Source: a virus (taxonomy: Duplodnaviria; Caudoviricetes). From it: a stretch of DNA of 32,488 bases. Below the pieces are notes generated by a model. The model searched no databases. It saw nothing but the letters and a program-made list of their open reading frames with translations, and was not told the origin of the DNA. Shown in pieces: positions 18,494 to 26,137 of this stretch; position 1 is the stretch's first letter, and each line of letters opens with the position of its first letter. The position numbers and the translations under genes were made by a program. The DNA is taken from the IMG/VR virus record IMGVR_UViG_3300049140_000190, positions 1 to 32,488 of that record. One strand, 5' to 3'.

Positions 18494-19227
18494 CTACGCC
18501 TCCTTCTCCGGCTGGTTCCTCAGCCGCGGGTCGAGGGCGCGGCGCTGCTCGTCGGTCAGTCGCTTGTGCTTGGGCTTCTGCTTCGGCGGGATGCCGGGGC
18601 GCGGGGTCGGCTGGAACTCACCCGGCTTGCCTCCGTTGACGGCGATGAGCGCCAGGCGAAGCTTCACGACCTCGTCCTTGACGGATGCGAGGAGCGTCTC
18701 TGTCCCGCTCCATGGAGCCAGGTCGGGGCGCCCCTCGTCGGTGTGCTCCTCCAGCACCTTTTGCGGGATGCTGGCCCGGATGGCTGTCTTCGTCGCGCTC
18801 TCCGGCGGGAGATGCTCGATCAGGATGCGCAGCCGACGGAGCGAGATGCCGCCCCGGTAGACGTCGAGGACGTCGAGCCGGTAGTAGCGCAGGAGGTCAG
18901 CCTCTAGCGCTTCCGCGTGCTGCGCGAGGACCGTGCACGTGCGGTGGACTTTCCCACCGGCTCACCGACGGCTTCGCTCGCCTGGCCGACGAACTCGAAG
19001 ATCTCCGCGAAGGTGGCGTCGAGGTCGACGAAGGTCTGAACGTCGTCCTCGTGCAGGACGCCGGCCGCCCAGGTGTCGAAGTCGGACTGCCGCAGGGCTC
19101 GCATGTGCGAGGGGCGCCAGTGCAGCGCCGACTTCACACGGAGTTCGGTGCCGCACAGTTCGGCCGTGGCGTACTCCTCCGTCGCCTCGTTCTCCTGCGC
19201 CTCAGCGGGGGTGGTGGTCTCAGACAT
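18494..19227 (-). CDS. Tail assembly chaperone, long -1 frameshift product (about 244 aa)
   Basis: The -1 frame after GGGAAAG reads KVHRTCTVLAQHAEALEADLLRYYRLD..LPPESAT and stays open to the stop at 18494. Confidence 0.85.
18904..19227 (-). CDS. Tail assembly chaperone, short form (107 aa)
   Basis: Between the major tail and tape measure genes; GGGAG RBS. Confidence 0.88.
   Translation of the reverse strand: MSETTTPAEAQENEATEEYATAELCGTELRVKSALHWRPSHMRALRQSDFDTWAAGVLHEDDVQTFVDLDATFAEIFEFVGQASEAVGEPVGKSTARARSSRSTRKR
18949..18955 (-). other. Programmed -1 ribosomal frameshift slippery site G GGA AAG
   Basis: XXXYYYZ heptamer in frame near the end of the chaperone ORF, as in lambda G/GT. Confidence 0.85.
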
Positions 19228-19251
19228 GCGCGGGTCTCCCTAGGTCTGTTG

Positions 19252-19267
19252 CGTGAGTCGTTTTGCG
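19252..19267. promoter_or_regulatory. Operator-like 16-bp motif, copy 3 (CGTGAGTCGTTTTGCG)
   Basis: Intergenic, upstream of the tail chaperone. Confidence 0.6.
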
Positions 19268-19283
19268 CGGGTCGAAGAGATGA

Positions 19284-19319
19284 AGCGGGGCCCGGACCCG
19301 CGCAGATACGGGCCCCGCT
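19284..19319 (-). terminator. Hairpin after the major tail gene (terminator/attenuator)
   Basis: Perfect 11-bp stem AGCGGGGCCCG/CGGGCCCCGCT followed by TCATCTCTT on the minus strand. Confidence 0.7.
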
Positions 19320-19325
19320 GGTCAC

Positions 19326-19925
19326 TTACGGAGTGGTCGGGAAGAAGTCCGACACGTCCGCCGCTCCGTAGTCGATGAAGCGCGTCACGGCCGCTGCGTT
19401 TGATGCGCCCTTGTAGAAGCGCATGGTCATCTGGACCGACATGACGTCCTCGGTCTGGGGCTGTTCGTCGCCCCGCTCGACCACCTTGCCGTTTGGCATG
19501 TAGTACCTGAGCTTCTTGTCACCGTCGATGGTGTCGAAGATAAACGCGTACCGAAGATCGTTCGGCTTGTCGGGGAGGTCGTAGGTCGCGATACCGGTCG
19601 TGGTGTCGGGAGCCAGGGACTCCAACGGAACGTTGTCGTACAGCGACCGGACGAGCGGGTTCAGGCCCTCCAGGAAAGTGACCTGAAGCGACTTCGTCGA
19701 CCGGGTCATCAGCGTCCGGATCGGCTCCAGCGATCCAGCCGCGTTGACGTCCTGCGATTCCTCCTCGATGGTGAAAGTGCCGCCGTCGGTCGTGATCCAC
19801 CCGAGGCACTGCCAAGGGGTCGCGGGGTCAGCGAAGGCCGCTGGCTTCGTCGCGTTCACGGCCGCCATGTGGACGAGGTAGTCAGTTGCGCCGAACGTCA
19901 GATCGGCATTGCGGGTGTCCGCCAT
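19326..19925 (-). CDS. Major tail protein (199 aa)
   Basis: WQCLGWITTDG, VTFLE, RYAFIFDTIDG motifs; GGAGG RBS; gene order. Confidence 0.9.
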   Translation of the reverse strand: MADTRNADLTFGATDYLVHMAAVNATKPAAFADPATPWQCLGWITTDGGTFTIEEESQDVNAAGSLEPIRTLMTRSTKSLQVTFLEGLNPLVRSLYDNVPLESLAPDTTTGIATYDLPDKPNDLRYAFIFDTIDGDKKLRYYMPNGKVVERGDEQPQTEDVMSVQMTMRFYKGASNAAAVTRFIDYGAADVSDFFPTTP

Positions 19926-19990
19926 GTGCCCTCCAGGGCATGCGAGAGACCCGCACGCCACGGTGGACGTCGGGTCGGAGTGTCAGTGGT

Positions 19991-20356
19991 TTACGCGCCC
20001 CGGAAGGACACGGTGTAGGTGGCGCCTCGTCGGTGGATGGCCTCGTTAATCCACGGTTGGCGGGAGGGGCCAGAGTCGCAGCGCACAGAGCGGATGACGG
20101 CGCCGTGGACCGGACCACGGAGGAACTTCAGTGCCTCGCACAGCTCGTTAGCCAGGGTCCGCGCCTCATCCGCCGTGGCGGCGAAGACGTCAACGAACAC
20201 GCGGGGGGACGCTGAGAAGCGTTCTTCTGCGCCTCCGTCGCGCTGAATGCGGATGCGGGGTAGCTTCTTCTCCAGCTCCGGCGGGGTCTCCGCACCAGCC
20301 TTGACACCTGTCGTCGTCTCCGCCCAGGGGTTGAGAACCGCTTCGATGTCAGGCAC
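19991..20356 (-). CDS. Tail terminator (121 aa)
   Basis: IQRDGG..PRVFVDVFA motif; directly upstream of the major tail gene. Confidence 0.8.
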   Translation of the reverse strand: MPDIEAVLNPWAETTTGVKAGAETPPELEKKLPRIRIQRDGGAEERFSASPRVFVDVFAATADEARTLANELCEALKFLRGPVHGAVIRSVRCDSGPSRQPWINEAIHRRGATYTVSFRGA

Positions 20357-20693
20357 CGTGTGCCGCCTTCATCGTGTCGACGGCCTTGTGAAGAACGGCG
20401 TACCGGGGCGTCTCGCCGTTGCCGTACTCGACGTGGTGAGCGTGGTCGGAGGTGTTGACCAGGCGTGCACCGGCACGCATGCGGGGCTGCCCCTTGAAGG
20501 GGACGTTCTTCCAGAGAGGGAGCACGTCGAAGCTCGTTGCGTATTCGCCCGTCTCGCGGGGTGATCCCGCCTCCGCCACGGCCTTCATCTGGACTGCGAA
20601 CTTGCGCACTCCGCGCTGCATCCACGGGCGCTGAAACATCTTGCCGATGCCGTGGTAGGAGCCCCTGTAGGTGGGACGGGGACCGTTCGTCAT
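20349..20693 (-). CDS. Neck protein (HK97 gp10-like, 114 aa)
   Basis: SPRETGEY..HAHHVEYG motifs; gene order. Confidence 0.75.
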   Translation of the reverse strand: MTNGPRPTYRGSYHGIGKMFQRPWMQRGVRKFAVQMKAVAEAGSPRETGEYATSFDVLPLWKNVPFKGQPRMRAGARLVNTSDHAHHVEYGNGETPRYAVLHKAVDTMKAAHGA

Positions 20694-21043
20694 CCGCTCA
20701 CCCGCCTTACGTAGATCTCGACGCGGGCCAGGGACGTCAGGGGGAGGACAAGGGGTTCACCCTCCGCCTGCCACACCTCGTCACCCCGAAGGATCTTGTC
20801 CGCCGGGCGCACGTCGGTGCCGAGCGGGGCGGCAAACACTCGTCGGGTGTCAACGATCGTCGACGCGTCGTGCGTCTCCGTCGAACTGCCGACCGTGACG
20901 CCGTAGGGGCTCATGATCGCGCAGTTCCTGACCTCAATGAGGATGGGCGGGCCGTCGACTTCGGAGCCTGTGGAGTCCCGGACGGGCTCCCCGGCTCGCT
21001 TGATGGTGAGCGTCTCCGACATAAGCTGAGCTATTAGGCTCAC
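20690..21043 (-). CDS. Head-to-tail stopper (117 aa)
   Basis: APLGTDVRPADKI..WQAEGEP; gene order. Confidence 0.8.
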   Translation of the reverse strand: MSLIAQLMSETLTIKRAGEPVRDSTGSEVDGPPILIEVRNCAIMSPYGVTVGSSTETHDASTIVDTRRVFAAPLGTDVRPADKILRGDEVWQAEGEPLVLPLTSLARVEIYVRRVSG

Positions 21044-21420
21044 AGCGCCCTCCAGACCTGCACCGGCGGGCAGTACTCCTCCGGTGCGATGTTGAGGGAG
21101 GAGGCGCCGGCCGCCATGCCGACGGAACGCCGAAGGCGCTTGCGCTCGTCTTCCGAGAGCATGACGCCAGTCTCTTCGTCGGCGTAGGTCATCAGCATGC
21201 CGCCGGCCTGTTCCGACCGGACCCCGGCGGGGTTGGTCAGGATGCGAGCGGCGACGGCCAGGGCGACCGACTTGACCCCGCGCTGAGGCGGGTCCGTCAG
21301 CCGCTCCCCTACCTCACCGTAGAACGCGTCTTCGGTGAGGTCATGGGCAAGCGTGCACTCATCGGCCGTCAGGGGGCGCTTCAGGAGCGTGCGGAGTTCG
21401 GACTCACTGAACAGTGCCAC
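21040..21420 (-). CDS. Head-to-tail adaptor (126 aa)
   Basis: AARILTNPAGVRSEQAG..LSEDERKRL motif; gene order. Confidence 0.82.
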   Translation of the reverse strand: MALFSESELRTLLKRPLTADECTLAHDLTEDAFYGEVGERLTDPPQRGVKSVALAVAARILTNPAGVRSEQAGGMLMTYADEETGVMLSEDERKRLRRSVGMAAGASSLNIAPEEYCPPVQVWRAL

Positions 21421-21634
21421 TGCCAGCCGCCTTCCGCCGTGGCGCAGCGCGCTTCGCGGCGGGCTTCGCGGGCGGGTCGGGTTCCGTGAGTCGTTTGACG
21501 GACGGCGCCTCCGCCCACGCCTTCGGGTTGGTGATGAGGGCCTGTGCCCACGTCGGGACCTCGTCCGCGGGGCCGAAGACGTGGGTCACGCCCTTGTCGT
21601 CCGTCACGTGGACGTTCGTTGCCAGGGTGGCCAT
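21404..21634 (-). CDS. Small capsid-adjacent protein (76 aa)
   Basis: FGPADEVPTWA..ITNPKAW; basic tail; follows the major capsid gene. Confidence 0.75.
   Translation of the reverse strand: MATLATNVHVTDDKGVTHVFGPADEVPTWAQALITNPKAWAEAPSVKRLTEPDPPAKPAAKRAAPRRKAAGSGTVQ
21485..21500. promoter_or_regulatory. Operator-like 16-bp motif, copy 4 (CGTGAGTCGTTTGACG)
   Basis: One mismatch to copy 2; lies inside a CDS. Confidence 0.5.
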
Positions 21635-21657
21635 GTGTCAGTGCCTCGCGTTTCTGG

Positions 21658-22677
21658 TCAGACGACGTCGGCGACGAGCGTCAGGTCGGGGTTGCCCACC
21701 ACGGGGAGGACGATGGCGGTGGCCATGGTCCAGAGCGCGTGGGGGTCACGGCTGAGGAGCGCAGCGACAGCGACACCCGCTTCGTCACCGGCGAGACCGT
21801 ACTCTGGGTCCATCGCCTCTGCCGGGATGCCCCAGAGCGTCTTACCGAGCGCCTCACCCTGTGCAGGCATGAAGGCGAGCTTGTCTTCCGGGGTGACGCG
21901 GGTGGAAGCGCCCCCGACGGACACCTTCGCGTCGTTGATGACGATCGGCGGGATGTCGTAGTCGGCCAGGACGGCGTTCAGGTCTTCGCGCCGCAGGACA
22001 CCCGGGGCGCTCGACGCGCCACGGTAGGCCAACTCCCGGAGCTGCTTGTTGCGCTGCATGGCGCGGTACACCTTGCGGGACGTCAGAGTCGCCGCGGGCA
22101 GCTCGCCGTTGGTGTCGCTGTATACGTCGAGCCAGCCCTGAGCCTCGTCGAGGATGAGGGCGTCGGGATCGGTCCACACGGTGGCGGCAGTGACGGAGTG
22201 GGACGACTTGCGGCCGAAGTCGACACCCGCAGAGACGTTGTTCTCCGAGATCGTCACGGCCGCGTTGAAGATGGCGTCTCCACGGGCAAGCTCGACACGC
22301 GCCGCGATGGCGCTGACGATCTTCTCCGCGTCGCTCTCCAGGGCATCCCGGAGTTCGCCGCGCTGGTCGCCCAGGTTGCGGAGCTTGATCTGTTCGTACT
22401 CGCCCAGAACCATCTTCCGCGAGATGGGCGGCAGTTCGCCGGTCACTCGCGTGGCACCAGACCGGACGCCGATGTCCGACTCAGCGTCGAACCCGCGGTA
22501 GACGGCCGCCTCCGTCAGGCCACCTCCGCCCCGGTTGAACCGATAGACAAGATCGTTGATGGTCTCGTTCGGGAGCCACGCGTTCAGCGTGAACTGGTTC
22601 TCCTCGCGATCCCGGAGAGCCGCACGGGCGTAGCCCGTCAGCTCCGCAGGAGTCACGTACTCAGTGATGAGCTGCAT
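21658..22677 (-). CDS. Major capsid protein (lambda gpE-like family, 339 aa)
   Basis: TPAELTGYAR, GELPPISRK, VDFGR, G.TLWG motifs; size and gene order. Confidence 0.93.
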   Translation of the reverse strand: MQLITEYVTPAELTGYARAALRDREENQFTLNAWLPNETINDLVYRFNRGGGGLTEAAVYRGFDAESDIGVRSGATRVTGELPPISRKMVLGEYEQIKLRNLGDQRGELRDALESDAEKIVSAIAARVELARGDAIFNAAVTISENNVSAGVDFGRKSSHSVTAATVWTDPDALILDEAQGWLDVYSDTNGELPAATLTSRKVYRAMQRNKQLRELAYRGASSAPGVLRREDLNAVLADYDIPPIVINDAKVSVGGASTRVTPEDKLAFMPAQGEALGKTLWGIPAEAMDPEYGLAGDEAGVAVAALLSRDPHALWTMATAIVLPVVGNPDLTLVADVV

Positions 22678-22690
22678 GTGTCAGGGCCTC

Positions 22691-23086
22691 TCAGACGAAG
22701 ATGACGCGAGCGCCGAGGTCGGCCTTGCCGTTGGCGTCGATGGAGACGGGGAGCTTGGCCTCACGGATGAAGCAGTGCAGGAGCATCGAGCCGACAACCT
22801 TGGTGGAAGTGACGGCGCGGGCGTTCACGTCCTGCGCGGTGAAGAGGAAGCCCACGGCGGTCTGTCGGCCGTCGGTGGCGGTGTCGTCGTACGGGCCATA
22901 GAGACCAGTCGCGGTCACCTTGCCCAGCGGGATGCCCGACTTGATGAAGCCGGCGGGGTAGTGGGTGTTCGCCGTGAACTTGCTGACGTCGAGCGTGACA
23001 GTGACGGGGGCGTCGGTGCCGTGCTTGGACCCGAGCCAATCCCGTCGGTCCTGCGTGAACGACTCAGTCTTGAGGCTGAGGTCCAT
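22691..23086 (-). CDS. Head decoration protein (131 aa)
   Basis: SGIPLGKVTATGLYGPYD..DGRQTAVGFL; between scaffold and capsid genes. Confidence 0.85.
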   Translation of the reverse strand: MDLSLKTESFTQDRRDWLGSKHGTDAPVTVTLDVSKFTANTHYPAGFIKSGIPLGKVTATGLYGPYDDTATDGRQTAVGFLFTAQDVNARAVTSTKVVGSMLLHCFIREAKLPVSIDANGKADLGARVIFV

Positions 23087-23110
23087 ACGGATTCCTCCGG
23101 TGGTAGGTAG

Positions 23111-23767
23111 TTACTGCTGCTTGCCGCGCCGTTGCGCGTAGCGGTCCGCGCCAGCACTGACGGACTTCGTCGCGCCGACGTCGCTCCCGCGGCCTCCAGA
23201 ACGCGGAGGAGGGGTGGCGCCGGTCTCCGTAGTGCCAGCGCCGGTCTGTCCGATCTCAGAGAGGTAGGCGTCCGCGTCGGCCTCCAGCTCCTCCTTCGTG
23301 GAGCCGCTGAGGCGGTTGGCCTGCGCGATGGTGAGGCCCTTCTCCAGGGCCACTCGAAGGCGGGTGTTCTCGTCCGTCAGCGACGTCACGGAACCCTGCG
23401 CGGTGTCACGCTCCTGCGCGAGTGTCTGGCGCTCCTGGTCGGCGCGCTGCGCGTCGGTCAGGTTCTGGTTCTCGATGGTCTTCAGAGCCTCGTCCCGCTC
23501 CCGGAGGCGCTTCACCTCGTCGGCGTCGGGCGCAGCCTTCGCAGTTGTCTCCCACTTCTTCGAGTGGTGCTGCCAGTAGGCCGCCTGGTGCTCTGCGGAC
23601 ATCTCGCGCCAGGGGGTGTTGTCCGGGAACCCGTGCTCGTTGACGGTCGTACCGCCTCCGCCACCTCCCCCGCCTCCCTGGTCGTTCGGGTCGTCCTCGT
23701 AGAGGGTCCACGGCTCATGGGCCAGGGTCAGGAGGTTGGTCCGGCGCGCGAGAGTGCGTCGAGGCAT
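23111..23767 (-). CDS. Scaffolding protein (218 aa)
   Basis: AYWQHHSKKWE, coiled coil, RLSGSTKEELEADA; position. Confidence 0.82.
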   Translation of the reverse strand: MPRRTLARRTNLLTLAHEPWTLYEDDPNDQGGGGGGGGGTTVNEHGFPDNTPWREMSAEHQAAYWQHHSKKWETTAKAAPDADEVKRLRERDEALKTIENQNLTDAQRADQERQTLAQERDTAQGSVTSLTDENTRLRVALEKGLTIAQANRLSGSTKEELEADADAYLSEIGQTGAGTTETGATPPPRSGGRGSDVGATKSVSAGADRYAQRRGKQQ

Positions 23768-23807
23768 GCGGTATCCCCTGTCGGGAGTCGTCAGCCCATG
23801 GCGGGCG

Positions 23808-24617
23808 TCAGGTCGGAAGTTTGATGTCGTCAGGGCCGGTGAACCGTTGGCCCTTGTAGCCCAGAACGGGCCCGATTTCGCCGTGATCGTTGGCGACGAT
23901 GATCTTTCGGTAGTCAACCGCGCGTCCTCCGCGGTCCGACTTCCCGACGACCTCTTCTACGAGGTCATGGAGCCGCTCTAGCGTCTCCTCGTCGATGACC
24001 TGGCCCGGGTCGTAGTCGGCAGTGACCGTCTTGACGAGGCAGTCACACCCGGGGTGGATCGGGGCCAGGTCGCGCTTGTGGTAGCGCTGTGTGGAAGCGA
24101 TGATGCACAAGGCGCAGTCGTATTCGCCTTGCAGCTCACGGACGGTGTACGTGAAGCGCGGCATATCGGCCGACACCTCCCGCACCGTGTGGGTACGGGC
24201 TAGCTGGAGGTCCGTCTTGATGAGGGTTTCCAGGCGATGGGCGCCCCGGTTCACAGCCTCGTCGAGGTCGACGTCATCCGCGAGTGCGGCGCGCAGTTCC
24301 TTGAAGGGGCGTTCGTAGACGTCCGTAGGATCGACGCCTCGTAGGGCCCGGCCCGTTACGGCGTCGAGGTCCAGGCGGGCTCGTCGGCCGCGGGGGTCCT
24401 CGTCCTTGTAGAGCTGCTCCAGGTAGGACGCTGTCAGCGTCGCTATCTGACGTTCGCCGGCCAGTAGGACGGGGAGTGCCTGGCGCTGGAAGCGTCGCAC
24501 GTCGGCGTCACGCCAGGAGCCCAGCCCCAGGAAGGCCCGGTTGGTCCTCCCCAGGACGTTCGTCCAGATGCTCCGGACCGCGGAGCCGTAGCGCCGGTCA
24601 AGCGGCGTTAGCGCCAT
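23808..24617 (-). CDS. Head morphogenesis protein (MuF-like; often annotated capsid maturation protease), 269 aa
   Basis: CALCIIASTQRY..HPGCDC motif; follows the portal gene. Confidence 0.78.
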   Translation of the reverse strand: MALTPLDRRYGSAVRSIWTNVLGRTNRAFLGLGSWRDADVRRFQRQALPVLLAGERQIATLTASYLEQLYKDEDPRGRRARLDLDAVTGRALRGVDPTDVYERPFKELRAALADDVDLDEAVNRGAHRLETLIKTDLQLARTHTVREVSADMPRFTYTVRELQGEYDCALCIIASTQRYHKRDLAPIHPGCDCLVKTVTADYDPGQVIDEETLERLHDLVEEVVGKSDRGGRAVDYRKIIVANDHGEIGPVLGYKGQRFTGPDDIKLPT

Positions 24618-26124
24618 CGTCCTCGTCCTCCCGTCCGATCACCGGGCGCTGACCACGTCGCGCGCGAGCGTCGTCGAGGGAGGCCGGAGGCGGGACGGTC
24701 GGGTCAACAGCTGTCTGAGCGTTCATGGCGTCCGCGGCCCGGTCGATCTCCATGCGGGAAATCTGTGTCGGGGTGTAACCCATGTCCTCCATGCGCTGAC
24801 GCCACGGGACGCCGGCCGTCGACTTCTTCACGGCAGCGTCGGCCAGTTCGGCGACGGACCGGGACTCGGGATCACGCCAGATGGTTTCCGCGGTGTACGC
24901 CGTTGCGCGGCGTTCGTCGCCCAGGACGCGGAAGGCGAGTCGCATGGTCTGTTCCCAGGACTCACCGAAGTTGCGCTGCCGGTCCCCAACCTTGCTGATC
25001 AGACCCGTTTCCGCGGCCTTCAGGGCGTCGCCAGAAACGTTGACGACCGCGCCAATCAAATAATGTGGCGGGGTCCTGGAGATCGCGGCGAGATCCTGTA
25101 CCGCAGCCTGGATCGCACTAACGTACGGTTTGAGGTCGGTTGCCGAGAATTCCCCGAAACGGGTCTCAGGGTCTCCGGACGTCCACAGGCTCTTGATATC
25201 CAGCTTGTACGGCTGGATCTTCTCGCCCGTCAGTGGGTCCTCGTCGACCTCCAGGCCCGCAGCCCAACGCTGCTTGAAGGCGCCGTACTTCATGGCTGCG
25301 ACGAGCATGATCAGCGACAGATTGATCCGGTTGGCCACGGTGAGCGTGTCTTCGTGCTCCGCGAACCCCGTCAGTCTGCGGTTCCGCCGGTTGGTGAACA
25401 CGCCGAAGGGGACGACCTTCAGTTCGTTGTCCCGGTCACTCTCGCCAGAGTTCGGAAGTGCGAACGCGTCCCAGCCGCGAAGAGACGCGGCCCTGCCGGA
25501 GAACGTCGGAGCGTCCGACCTCGTGACGAACTCGTGAATCCTCTCCGGCGTCCACAGTGTCGCTCTGGTGTCCCCCGTCCAGTCATCGCGCCAGAGTTTG
25601 AGTCCCGCGGCCAGCTTCCGCCGGCTGCCCTGGACGTGCTCCACGGCCACCTGTCGGGGCGTCTCGTGCGTAATGACCGGCCGTCCGTCGTCGCCCCGCT
25701 CGACGAGGGCGAAGGCCCGTCGCTGGGATAGCGCACCGTAGTGGATCAGGTCAGCGTCCGCGTCGAGGCTGTTCTCCTGCCAAATCCTGTTGGCTTCGGT
25801 GTCGGCCTTCCGGGCGCCTTCACTGTCGTCGTCCGGGTCACCGAAGCGGAAGCCGTCGACCCGGAGCCGTTCCGCGGGCGAGTCGATGACCAGTGATGCC
25901 CAGTTCGTGCGCGCGTCCTTCATCCACTCGTGCGCCTCGCGGGGGTCGACACCTGGAACACGCGGGAGTGGTGCTTTGTTCTCGGCGTACCTCCTCAGCG
26001 TGTCGAGTCCGGGCTCCGTCTCGCCGTCGGCGTCCGTCCGGTCCTCCCGCTCGTCGAGGATCTGCTTACCGAGGCGCTGAAGCCACCACCCGGGAGACTC
26101 CACCTTCGTTGCATCGACAGGCAC
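24598..26124 (-). CDS. Portal protein (SPP1 gp6-like, 508 aa)
   Basis: NWASLVID..ERLRVDGF, IWQENSLD, SRTPPHYL..NVSGDAL; GTG start with GGAGG RBS. Confidence 0.93.
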   Translation of the reverse strand: MPVDATKVESPGWWLQRLGKQILDEREDRTDADGETEPGLDTLRRYAENKAPLPRVPGVDPREAHEWMKDARTNWASLVIDSPAERLRVDGFRFGDPDDDSEGARKADTEANRIWQENSLDADADLIHYGALSQRRAFALVERGDDGRPVITHETPRQVAVEHVQGSRRKLAAGLKLWRDDWTGDTRATLWTPERIHEFVTRSDAPTFSGRAASLRGWDAFALPNSGESDRDNELKVVPFGVFTNRRNRRLTGFAEHEDTLTVANRINLSLIMLVAAMKYGAFKQRWAAGLEVDEDPLTGEKIQPYKLDIKSLWTSGDPETRFGEFSATDLKPYVSAIQAAVQDLAAISRTPPHYLIGAVVNVSGDALKAAETGLISKVGDRQRNFGESWEQTMRLAFRVLGDERRATAYTAETIWRDPESRSVAELADAAVKKSTAGVPWRQRMEDMGYTPTQISRMEIDRAADAMNAQTAVDPTVPPPASLDDARARRGQRPVIGREDEDDGANAA

Positions 26125-26137
26125 TTTCGGACCTCCC

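Noticed and set aside
23053-23070. Additional operator copies (here, near 8304 and near 26883)
   Set aside because: They need indels or several mismatches to fit the 16-bp consensus and lie inside coding sequence.
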